Assembly (NCBI RefSeq): GCF_021869535.1
Contig: NW_026262679.1
Location: 20,956,001-21,020,000, forward strand
Length of the DNA stretch: 64,000 bases
Source of the DNA: Mytilus californianus
Taxonomy: Eukaryota
Direction: 5' to 3'
The notes below the pieces were generated by a model, which saw nothing but the letters and a program-made list of their open reading frames with translations, searched no databases and was not told where the DNA came from. Each line of letters opens with the position of its first letter. Position 1 is the first letter of the stretch. Of this stretch, positions 10,917-23,700 are shown piece after piece. Both the position numbers and the translations under genes were made by a program.

Positions 10917-13900
10917 CTAGGAATCTGGAGACAGGCTTCTGTTGTCGTAGGTATGTCCTGTTTTTTCTACAACAAAATTGTGTTTAAATTTAATGCTGCT
11001 TAGTGATAAGTTATAAACAAAATTTTACAAATTGGAATCTTATTACAGACGTCTATGTTATGTTTTCTCAGCAATATTCTGTCATCAACCGGCAGCTTGT
11101 ACATTACAGAACCTTCATTGTTTATTCCTCCGATTTTAATAAGATTATTAGTGTTTCTTATAAATCATTCAGGGAAATATCAACTGATTCCTACTACTAT
11201 ATGATTGGTAAGACTGGTGGCGGACTGTTGAAGGTCATACGTTGACCTATAGTTACACACACTTACGACACCAGGACACTTGTGTAATCTAATAAACAAG
11301 AATACTATTTTGATCAAGTGCATTTCAGCGATAAGTTCCATCCGAAATTGATGAAATCATTGTTGCATACTTATATACTTATACTTATACACATATGAGA
11401 TGCTGTATAATTGCAAATGAGACAACTATCCACCAAAGTTCAAAGAAAGTGGATGTAAGCAATTACAGGCAATCGTACGGCCTTCAACAATGAGAAGACC
11501 TCATACCATATAGCCGGCATACATATAGAGCATATTCAACCAAATAAACAATATTGAATATTGAGTTAAGATATTTTATTTAATTAAGATTATTCATGAA
11601 AAAGTTTTCTATAGAAATTACCTTACCTTTAACAACTGTGTTTTTAATCTCTTTGATCGGTATATCACTAGTAATCTCAACCACTTCTGACCAATGGAAT
11701 CCTATCAGAAACTGATATAAAAAGGCCCCCAATATGGCTCCTACGTGTGGACCCAAAACAGGTATCCAGAAATATTTGTAGTCATTATAACTGCAATAAG
11801 TATAAAAATATATAAATACGCGTTCATGTCTATCCGCGTCAATTTATCAATGAATGCACGCGACTTCATTCATAAAGCCGAACAACTATTCCAAAGTACT
11901 GTACGCGTAAAAGTAGTTTCACTAACTATTTCATTTTACTTCATATTCTCAACCAATAAAACATACAGTCAAGACAAATTGCCGATAAAAAGATTAATTG
12001 CATTTTATTTTTTGATACTGACTTCATCAACTCGAATATCAGCTCGCCCAAAAAGGCTCGCTTTATATTCTTGCTGATAAAGTCAGTATCAAAAACAAAA
12101 ATGTCACTATTCTATATATCTCATTCAATAGCGTACCATATTGTGTATTCGAACTGTTGTTTCACCCACTGTTGTTTCACCCGAAATATTAGAAAGTAAG
12201 AATATACCTTTTCAGCTCACCTGGTCCAAAGGGCCAAGTGAGCTTTTCTCATCATCATTAGGGTATCTAGTTTAAAAAATGTGTTTGATGACCCGGCCTA
12301 TCAACAAACATGGCCGACATGGCTAAAAATAGAACATAGGGTTAAAATGCAGATTTTGGCTTATATCTCTGAAACTAAAGCATTTAGAGCAAATCTGACA
12401 GGGGTAAAAAGTTCATCAGGTTTAGATCTATCTGCCCTGAAATTTTCAGACAAGTCAGACAACCTGTTGTTGGGTTGCTGTCCCTAAATTGGTAATTTTA
12501 AGGAAATTTTGCAGTTTTTGGTTATTATCTTGAATATTATTATAGATAGAGATAAACTGTAAACACCAATAATGTTCAGCAAAGTAAGATCTACAAATAA
12601 GTCAAACATGACCAAAATGGTCAATTGACCCCAAAGTCAATTTTGAACAATTTTTTTGTAATCTTTTACAAAAATCTTCTCCTCTGAAACTACTGTGACA
12701 AATTTAACCAAACTTGGCCACAATCATGACCGATGACCCTGCTACCAACCAACATGGCCGACATGGCTAAAAATAGAACATAGGGGTAAAATGCAAGTTT
12801 TGTCTATTATTTTTTGAACCGTTATAAATAGAGAAAATCTGAAAGGAGCAAAAATGTTCAGAATAATGAGTTCTACCAATTGTCCATATACGTCAAAACA
12901 GTTTGACAAATTCTTATAGGAGTTATTGCCCATAAATGACAAATTTTACTATTTTTTTTAATTTTTGCCTATTATCATAAAAACTATGATATTTAGAGAG
13001 AAACATTTTTTTTCCGTTATGCCTTATTTGATTTAAATTATAATAGGAAAATAAACACTTTAAATCACAAAAATGATCAACAAGGCAAGATTTGTTAAAA
13101 AGTCAAATTTTGCCGATATAGTTAGTAGACTGTCACTCTTCATAGGAGTGATTGCCCTTAAATGAGGATTTTTTTTACCCTCTTTTGTGTTTTGAGCAAA
13201 AAATAAAGCAGATAGAGAGAAACTAAACAGACTAAAAGATCAGTAATACAAGATTTTTGTCATGAAGTCTATTCTCGTCTACAATGTTGGAGAGTGTCCT
13301 TTGTTTGATATGCACATAGACCAAGGTAAGCGACACAGGCTCTTTAGAGCCTCTAGTTAGTGTTGCAATCATGTAAAGTATGTGATTTTGTTAGCTCGTC
13401 TCTGTTTAAAAATGCTTGCAAATACATCATTGATATATTTTTTAATGGCTGCCTGTTGAACTTACGGAGAGTTTAGGTACTTTTCTTTAGATGGTGAGTC
13501 ATAAAAACTTCTTTTTTGTTGATTATCTGTTTTACACAATCGACGAGAATGTTAAACGAAAAAAAAGAAATAATAATATTTACCTGAATACTTCCACACC
13601 CCACCCTGCAATAGCAGTGAATATTCTAGGACCTAAGTCACGTGCAGGATTAATGGCATATCCACAGTTAAAATGATAGGTCATTCCTATGGCAACAACT
13701 ATTAAACCAATGGAGAATGGTATTAATCCTTTATGTGTTTCCATATTTCTGTCATCTGTTACTGCAAGTACACAACACAGAAGCATCGCTGTTCCTAGAA
13801 GCTGTTAAAAAAGTGTTGTGCATTAGTCAATTCCAATTTTATGATTCGTCTGTTTTTTTAGTTGTTGTGAAGAAGCAAACTATAGATTCAGGTTGTACAT

Positions 13901-16900
13901 CTGCTGTTTTTGCATTTTAGTTCCAAATTTTGAATATTTATTGTTTGATTTATACGCTAACTTTAGTATTTTACGAAAGGTATGGACACTTATAAAGCTA
14001 AGACAAATGTAAGATGTGATACAAACGATTCTCAATTATATACACATTTAACTATCAACTAATATCAAAAGACTATGTAAAGAGTATGTATACCTGGTCA
14101 CCTATACATGTAGCTACTGAGGCAAAATCCTGTGGATATGTTGCCCAGATACCAGCTGTGCCATTCGGTCCCGATACCATCCTGTTTCCTCCATCAAAAT
14201 TATTCAGAGCATCTAAGATTATAGTGAAGTATATTCATGTATACACTGATTGATGGTTGCTTAACTGATTTCATGAATTTTCAGGTCGAACACAATCAAA
14301 TTAATAAGTAGCTTCTCAAAGTAGGTCGTCCTGGATAAATGTTATGACAATATTAAGTGCCGCTTGAAAACGCGTTTATCTGGAACATGAATATTTTGCC
14401 TTCAAACATGTCTACTATCGAAACTATTAAAGTTACTGTAAAGGTTCATTAACATGAACAAAGAATCAATTTGTAATCAATTTTTAGATTATAAAGAATT
14501 AAACGATTCCCCAATTTCCCTTAAAGTTTTACCGGTATACATATAATTTTTTTTCAGTAAATTAAAACCAAACTAAATTTTATTGTTGGTATACACATGT
14601 ACGTACATTCACGGTTCTACAATCTGTCGGTACATCCTTTTGGGCATTGCACAAGGTCATATTTTTGACTGACTGTTGTTATTGGCATTTAACTAGCTTT
14701 CAGTACCTGCTAGTACTCCCAGATCTGCGTTTTGTACTTTTTGTGTTTTTGTTAGAGTGTTTATGAGCTTTGTATCGATCTGATGGGTTAAGCGCTTTCA
14801 ACGGATTTTTATAGTTTGTTCTTATGTTGTACTGTTACACCACTGTTTCAGGTTAAGGAGAGGGTTTAGCGCCAGCAAACATGTTTGACCTATAATGGTT
14901 TACTTTTATGAATTGTGACTTGGATGGAGAGTTGTCTCATTGGAAATCAAACCACATCTTCTTATTTTCATATCTGATTACCAAAAGTATCATGCAAATA
15001 ATATGGACTTCTAAACCGAATGGTTATCATTTGGTGTAAAAATCTCAATGTAATTATACTCTTTCCGACAACTTTTGTACAAGGTTTTTAGAAGGTTTTT
15101 AGAAGGTTTTTAGAAGATTTTTAAGATGTATTTTTATGTTTATACTATTTAAAAAAAATTCAAAAATTTTTCAAGTTAAAGCTCTTATTGTTTTCTGGCA
15201 CCTTGCTAACTTTCCTAAATTTTCATTTCGTTCCTCAACTAAATGACGTTACTTCAGAAATGCCAACACTTATTCATTTCAAAAACTGTATTTAACTTGT
15301 TACTTACCGTAATACACAAAATAGATCGTAACTGAGGCAACGAAAGCTCCCAAGTACTGGCCTATCATATAGAATGGTACTTTCTTCCATGGGACTTTCT
15401 TGATGCAGGCCAGGGCCACGGTAACAGCTGGATTCAAATGTCCCCCTGAAATGTATGATATTGACAGCATGATCTTATTCCTGAATATAACGATGGACGA
15501 CTCAGAACACCTACAATTAGAGGAGATGTAGGATATGTGGCCCGAAGAATTTGATTTAACCTACCCTCCCCGACAAAAAAATCGCTTTTTGCCCTAAAGA
15601 ATGATCCACGATTATCGTTAAATATTCAACCATAGATCATCGTTTACTGGAAACAACCATGTGACCTATAACCTATAGTTGTTAATTTCTGTGTCATTTG
15701 GTCTCTTGTGAAGAGTTGTTTCATTGGCAATCACACCACATCTTCTTTTTTATATGTAAATTTTATTATATCAATTATCAATAAAAGTTTGAAATCCCAC
15801 TCATTCTTTAATAACGTACCAGTTTAGTGGTGAAACAGTATCTTAAACCTAATGTCTTTTGGTGTTTTTTTTTTGTCGAGGGCTTGCCGTTTTATTGTTT
15901 TAAAAATCCACATCCCCTTTTCTTTAACGGAACTTTAAATGAATTCAAAAGAAAAAAACTTAATAAACCAAAAAGGATAATTGAATGTGCAGGACACGGT
16001 ACCATATCTTTGCATCTGTTTATACCCACGTAATGTTAAGTTGATCTTGTTTTACCTGAAATGCCACCAGCTATGTAAACTCCCATTGTTACACCTATAC
16101 CCCATGACCAATGTATAGACATGTGATTTCCAACCGTATTCCGACTCAAAACAGCTTGTGCAACAGATCCATCTCCAAATATCTAAAATTACAAAAGAAT
16201 GATGTATCAGTAAACAACTGATTTTTATAGTTTGTTCTTATGTTGTTCTGTTACACCACAGTCCGAGGATAGGAGGGTTTCCGCGCCCGCAATCATGTTT
16301 AACCCCGCCTGTCCCAAACCAGGAGCCTGTACTTCTGTGGTTGTAGTTTTTTGTTATATATCATATTTTTTTTATTGTTTTGTACACAAATGCCGTTAGT
16401 TTTCTCGTTTGAATTGTTTGACATTTGCCACTTCGGGGCCTTTTATATCTAACTATGCGGTACGGGTTTTGCTCATTATTGAAGACCGTACGGTCAACTG
16501 TATTTGCTTACCAACTTCGTCATTTTAACTGGCAATACAACCACATCTCCTTATTTTACTATCAACAATTTTGGAATATGTAATCGTGGTGAGCAAATAT
16601 TTCTATATATACTATAAGGAAACATATAGTTAGAAGTGTTCGTTTGTTTTCTTTGTTTATATAGAACTTACATAAGAAGATGTGGTATGAGTGCCAATGA
16701 GACAACTCTCCATCCAAGTCACAATTTGTAAAAGTAAACCGTTATAAGTCAAAGTACGGCCTTCAACACGGAGCCTTAGCTCACACCAAACAGCAAGCTA
16801 TAAAGGGCCCCAAAAATGACTAGTGTAAAACCATTCAAACAGGAAAACCAACAGTCTAATCTATATAAAAAACGAGAAACGAGAAACACTTCACTATGAA

Positions 16901-19092
16901 CCACATCAACAAACGACAACCATTGAACATTGTTTTGTTGACAAATCATTAGCGTAATGTCGATAGGGCATTTGGTCATACTACATGTACTTGAAGACCC
17001 AACTTAATCATAGTATCACGATTTTCTATCAATATACAATAATTATAATCATATTTTAAACAGGACCTAAATTCTCAAGAAATTAAGTGGTAAATGAAAA
17101 TTTACAGTGCTAGACACATATTAATGACTTTACTTTGTCATTGTTTTGATGGAAATTACAAAACAGCACTGTTACTACTTTCATGAAATCATACAACAAT
17201 ATTGTGTCATCATCTGCAATTCTGTGGCAACATAATGCAATATCTTTATGTTCGCCATGTCAGTATCATTAGGTTGCCTCTTAACGTTTGTGATAATCTA
17301 AAGTCTGTGTTAATCAGATTTACGATTTATAAATAAGGAGATGTGGTATGACTGCCAATGAACAACTATTCACCAAAAACCAAACGACATGAGCATTTAC
17401 AAGTCACTGTTTTTTTTACTGTTAATAATAAGGACAAAACCACAAGCAAGGAGTCACTTTCTTTTACATTCATACTGTGTGTAAAAGATTATGAATGGTT
17501 TTAAAAAACAAAAGTGAACAGATAAAGACAACATATGGACAGAAATGCGATACTGTGCAGAATGTTGTCAAAATTGTCAAATTGGCAGTTTAGGGTCAGG
17601 CTTTGATGACATTTGATCAGAAGATTTGTAAGGATTTTGATTATCAGAGTGACGTTTTATGATTTCGGTGATGATTTTTGTTGCACAACTGACGACGGTG
17701 TATGCTTGTAATATTTTTTCATCAGAACTGTTACTCTTCTTGTAAAGTCTTGTTGTGGTAAATAGTGCATTCTCTTTTCATATTCGTGCAGTCTGTCAGA
17801 AATTTATGATGATCAATTGAAATGTATTCATTAATGACTCATGTCAATTCTGTACTGAAAATTGTCACATCAACAGATCTAGACGAACATGACCAACGAG
17901 GAAGGACTGAAACGAACGAGATATAATATGCATTAAGGCATTGTCGCTAAAACCACAGTCACCTATCGATCGATGTTCAATACTTGTAAATCCATTTTTT
18001 AAAATTATAAATCACAAGAAAAAAGGCTTCATCCGCATTGGGTAATCGCATGAACTCTGAATGTATTGTGTATTTTTGCATTTCTTTATAAAAAAATATT
18101 TTGTTGCTTTGTATCTTTTTGTTGTTGTTGACTACTAGTTGATAAAAATGCAATTTCACAGAAGTCAGGATGCGTTAAATCCAGACACTATAAGTGAAAG
18201 ACACAATTAGTTCTTTAATAGTTTTAAGATTTAAATGGTGAATAGCAACATATCAGGTGAATTTTAGAACTAATCTTTAGTTATAAGTTGCATTGTCATT
18301 GACAAAAACCGTGTTAATGATGCTAGTACCTGATGCATGTGCATTGTATTGTCAGAAAACAGTCCATCTTCCTATATCTATGTTTATGTAACAAAAGTAT
18401 TCTACTTTCGAACTAAATATCTAAAAGTTTACATTTTTAACAAAGTAAAAATGCTATATTTTTTTTGCCAAAAAGGGGTCTAACCGGGCCTACTTCTTAG
18501 ACGGTTAGTGTTCTCGTTTGAAATTTTTCATGTCGTGTCCTTTTCTAACTGACTATTTACATTGTAATATAGGTTTTCTCATCGTTTAAGGCCATACGGT
18601 GACTTATAATTGCTTGAATAAATAATTAAATCCACTGGAATATTGATAGTTGCATGCCTCATTCGCAATCATACCACATCTCATTTTTATATCAATGGTC
18701 AATCGAAAAATATTGAAGAACGGTTTTGTAGTTGTTTCTTAAACTCTGAGGGCACAAAACAATACATAGATAATTGAAGTGTCGACAAACAGTCGTTGTA
18801 TCGATTATTTGTCGTATTATCCGTCGAAATAAATTAAGAAAATTCATTGCGAAACTGACAAGATCACAGGAAACAAGAACGTTTATTTACCTCAATACAC
18901 TTTTCAATTTTATATACAACATTACGTGGAGAAACACTAATCGGAAACTGGCTATACGTGTAATACATTTTTTTATACATAAAATGATTAATTGGCTTTA
19001 CCTACTATTAGAGTGAAGGTTCCTAAAAATTCAGCAAACGTTTCACGAATAATATTATTTCTTATTCTAACTTTACTGGCAAATGCCTCCAT
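10917..19092 (-). CDS. Aquaglyceroporin (MIP family, GLP/AQP3-7-9-10-like), copy A, intact, 300 aa
   Basis: Seven GT-AG exons: 19006-19092, 16056-16182, 15308-15445, 14094-14212, 13584-13801, 11627-11790, 10917-10966 (903 nt, all phases match). Motifs: [29 protein letters not shown] (Asp after NPAR is the glyceroporin signature), WIPVLGP. C-terminus [10 protein letters not shown]. Confidence 0.93.
12209..13358 (+). mobile_element. HINE/Helentron-like element in aquaglyceroporin A intron 5
   Basis: 5' TTTTCAGCTCACCTGG with an adjacent inverted segment; 3' CCAAGGTAAGCG (approximate reverse complement of the 5' subterminal repeat) plus hairpin GGCTCTTTAGAGCC; internal ~400-500 bp degenerate repeats. 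Confidence 0.6.
16210..16930. repeat. Two head-to-head copies of an abundant short interspersed repeat (head ATAAGAAGATGTGGTATGA.TGCCAATGAGACAAC)
   Basis: Minus copy ~16210-16556, plus copy ~16674-16930. The same family recurs near 11400, 14950, 15730, 17340, 18670, 22190, 28280 and 34270. Confidence 0.65.
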
Positions 19093-19580
19093 TTTGTTGC
19101 AGTTTCGAAGTTTACATATGCACTACACTGGATATATTATATCGACAGAACTGGGTCATGTAAATATATAAACGAGATTAAATAAACCATTTTATTCACA
19201 CACATGTACAAGCTCTCAATCATATCTTTAGCTGGTAGCCAATCTAAAATCACACTTTCGAGTAGAAGACTTATCACGTTGACCTATGTTATCTTCATGC
19301 CAGGTGAAGTTCTTAACCTCGTCGTGGTTTTCATTCATAAGATTACTACTGTTCACATAAATTTTGAAACAGGTATATTTTGTCTAAACAAGTTAATGTC
19401 TCGGACGGAAAATGTCTTAAACCTTCAGTTCATTTGGGCAACATGTTCAAGACAGAATCAATTGGAAAAGACCGCTATCATTTCAATGTAGCTAATATCA
19501 GTTTAAAAACATGGATGTTATTATTTTATTACGATTGCAGAGTTCCTAACGGACAACACATATTTAAAAATTTATAGCAA

Positions 19581-20712
19581 TATTATTTAACACCTTAAGA
19601 ATACCTAAGGCCTGGTGCATTATACGTTATAAGAACACCTCAAGAACATCCTCAGATCTGGTGCATTATTAGAATACCTTTAACATGTTTAAATACCCTA
19701 GCTCATATCTGTCGGATTATTAGAACATTCAAAAGAACACCTGGGGATCTGGTGCATTATTAGAATACCTTAAATACATTAGATCTGGCGGATTATTAAA
19801 ACACCTCAAGAATACCTGGGGATCTGGTGCATTATTAGAATACCTTTAAATACCCTCATATCTGGCGGATTATTTGAACACCTCAAGAATACCTGGGGAT
19901 CTGGTGCATTATTAGAATACCTTTAAATACCCTCATATCTGGCGGATTATTAGAACACCTCAAGAATACCTGGGGATCTGGTGCATTATTAGAATACCTT
20001 AAATACATTAGATCTGGCGGATTATTAGAACACCTCAAGAATACCTGGAGATCTGGTGCATTATTAAAATACCTTTAAATACCCTCATATCTGGCGGATT
20101 ATTAGAACACCTCAAGAATACCTGGGGATCTGGTGCATTATTAGAATACCTTAAATACATTAGATCTGGCGGATTATTAGAACACCTCAAGAATACCTGG
20201 GGATCTGGTGCATTATTAGAATACCTTTAAATACCCTCATATCTGGCGGATTATTAGAACACCTCAAGAATACCTGGGGATCTGGTGCATTATTAGAATA
20301 CCTTTAAATACCCTAATATCTGGCGGATTATTAGAACACCTCAAGAATACCTGGGGATCTGGTGCATTATTAGAATACCTTTAAATACCCTCATATCTGG
20401 CGGATTATTAGAACACCTCAAGAATACCTGGGGATCTGGTGCATTATTAGAATACCTTTAAATATCCTCATATCTGGCGGATTATTAGAACACCTATGAA
20501 TACCTGGGGATCTGTTGCATTATTAGAATACCTTTAAATACCTTACATCTGGTGGATTATTAGAACACCTTAAGAATACCCTCATATCTGGCGGAATATT
20601 AGAACACCTTAAGAATACCCTCATATCTGGCGGATTATTAGAGCACCTTAAGAATACCCTCATATCTGTCGGATAATTAGATGACCTTAAGAATACCATT
20701 AGATCTTACGGA
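19581..20712. repeat. Tandem satellite of ~38-bp subunits forming 75/77-bp dimers
   Basis: TCTGGTGCATTATT starts at 19748, 19823, 19900, 19977, 20052, 20129, 20204, 20281, 20358 and 20435, with a variant at 20511, alternating with TCTGGCGGATTATT subunits. ~39-bp monomers at the right end. Confidence 0.95.
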
Positions 20713-23700
20713 CAATATGTTGTTTTTTGTTCCAAACCATAAAATCGGTTTCTGGTCAAATTGCTTACTTTTCATCTAGTGAAGACAAATTGTGAATTTT
20801 GAATGTCATTCGAGAATGCAATACGTTACAATTTATAATATACACCGTATTTCAAAAGAAATCGTCTGAAATAGCACAAATCAAGAGGATTCTGAACAAA
20901 TATAAAAAATGTAAGAAAAAACAAAGGAAACATGAACAGAAAATTATCGAAACTCGCAAAACAATACAAAACAATAATGTTAACAAGTGAAACCGATTCT
21001 TTTATTTTGTGATATAAAAGTGATATTTCACACACACACACACATATACACATATATAGATTCAACCACTTAAAATCCATAAAGTACATATATTTATGTA
21101 CATGATTTATTGTGTGGTTCTCAAGGATATAAATTATGTAATAACAGTTATAATATATTGTGCATTTTCGTACTTTATCAATCAGGTGAAATGCCTCGAT
21201 CTGTTGTCGTATACTTCTTTCTTTTTTCCTAAAACAAAGAAAGACATTTTCTTTGATAAAAGTTGCATGCAGGTACAAATGTATGCAGCACAAAACATCT
21301 ACACAACGATGAAAAAACTATAATGGTTTAAGTATTTGTGAATATCGTGTACACAAAAATTCCTTATACCTGCAAATGAATGAATAAAATTTATTTTGCT
21401 GAATAGTTGTCTCATAGGCATTCATATTTCATTTTCTTACATTTATAGGTATTAATCGTATTATATACAAGTATCTAAACAATAAAGAAATATTGTTTTA
21501 TGGGTTTTTTGTTGGCATCAACATGGTTTCTTAACTGCACTATTCATACATGTCATATATTTTGTTTTTATCACTGCAATATACAAATCTTAATATAGAA
21601 AAATAAAAATCGTTAAGGTTCAGTTGATTGTTTTAAAAGATACAACATGAGTCTGATGAGAGAGATCTATCATACCTGTGGATTTATCATTCATATCTTG
21701 AAACGGTATCTCGCTACTTATTTCAACAACTTCCGGCCAGTGAAATCCAATCAAAACCTGGTACAAAAAGGCCCCAAGTATGGCGCCTATGTGCGGACCC
21801 AAAACAGGTATCCAAAAATATTTGTAATCATTGTAACTGAAAAATATGGAAAAATTTAATAGAGACAATATAAATGCAAGTATTTTCGCAGTGATTATTT
21901 GTTATACTACAAATGTTTAGTTTTACGTTGGCTTTAAAATCAGTTTTGAGACCACAGGCACTTGTCTCAGAAATTTTTTTTTTTATATACATTAAGGTAT
22001 ATAGGAAATTTTTTTCTGAGACAAGTGCCTGTGTCGGAGACTGGTAAAGAGTTATACTTTTCTGAAACGGGTTCTCAGTTATATCATATCTTGTATATTT
22101 TCTCGTTTAAATTGTTTCATATTTTGTCATGTAGGGACTTTTAAAGCTGACTTTACAGTACATGTATGAGGTTTGCTCATTGTTCAAGGTCGTATGGTGT
22201 GGTGGATAATTGTCTCCATGGCAATCCAACAACAACTCCTTTTTGTTATATTTTCTGTTTTTTTGTCTGCTTTTATCATGCTTACATACTATTATTTTTC
22301 ATGCATTTACCTAGCAAATCGAGAGAATTGCAACGTTCAAGCATATTGTCCATTCTTTATGGAATTACGTTATTTTACATAACGTTCTACCGTTCACATG
22401 ACAATCTTTATACTACCCTTACTTTTGATTCTTATGACCTGAGTAAATCAATCAAAAGCATTTTCTTAAAGGTGGACATATCAGGTAGATAAGAATCATG
22501 AATATTGTCCTTACACTTTTCTTTGATATAACAAGCTTATGTGATATAATTTCAATTTGACCGTGGGGTCAGTGGCTCCCATTCTTTGTGTCCTATAAAT
22601 TGTTTTTATGTTGATGACAAATAATGGTGTTTTGTTTTTATCCACAACTTGTCGAGCATCAGTACGATTTAGACATACGGTATAAAACATGGCCTCTGAT
22701 TTGATTGTATTATAGGGTTGCTTTCTCATTGCCGTTTATCCAAAATGTTTTTTTATTCATATTTAATGAACCGAAATATTTGACACGTTCGTTGCTAATG
22801 GCACTACCTGAATACTCCAACTCCCCATCCAGCAATAGATCTGAATATTCGTGGAGCCAAATCACGTGCTGGATTGATGGCGAATCCACAGTTGAAATGA
22901 TAGGTCATTCCAATCATAGTCACTATCACACCAATGGAGATTGGCATCAATCCTTTGGGTGTTTCCATATTTCTTTCATCTATTATTGCCAGTATACAGA
23001 TTAGTAGCATGCCTGTTGCAAGAATCTATATACAAAATCAAGTTGTACCATTTATTTTTGTATCTTTGACGTGGAAAACTTTATAATAAACAGTTTGTGT
23101 GTTTTCTTGTTTTTGTCAATGTTTCGACACAAAATGTTTCAATCTTTCTTATTTGAAGACTTTTCCTATTTTGTTTGTCAGTATATATGTGTAAATCATT
23201 TTCTTATAAAAATAAGGAGATGTGATATGATATAGTCTATACAGGATCTGTCGTAAAAGTACTACGTATTTGAAACGTAAAGGAATGTGTGAATCTGAAA
23301 GTCTTTAAAAATTTATAATTATATCGAAATAGTTCATTTTATATTTTATATTTGGTGTACAGTCGTAGATAATCCTCGAAGTTAACAACATTTGCATCAA
23401 GTGAATCGTGACGCATTTATTCTATGGTTTTACATAAGGTTTATGACTATCCGGTTGTTAGTTTTATCTGTTTAATATGAAATGTTTCTGTACATCAGTT
23501 GTTTCTCACACCAAACGTTCTGAAGCTCATCAGAAGAAAAAAAAAAACTTATTTTTTTTAATAGTAATTTATTTACAAAAAAATGTAATGATAATCGTTA
23601 GAAATATATTTTGGGAAGACTGATGGTATTCATCCCGTTTCTAATTCTTCTTTTATGGCACGGTGGTTATCCTTAATTCAATTACAGAACTTTTATTATA

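Noticed and set aside
19581-20712. Regularly spaced repeats resembling a CRISPR array
   Set aside because: There are no unique spacers; both alternating units are themselves repeated, the context is eukaryotic, and no cas genes are present.
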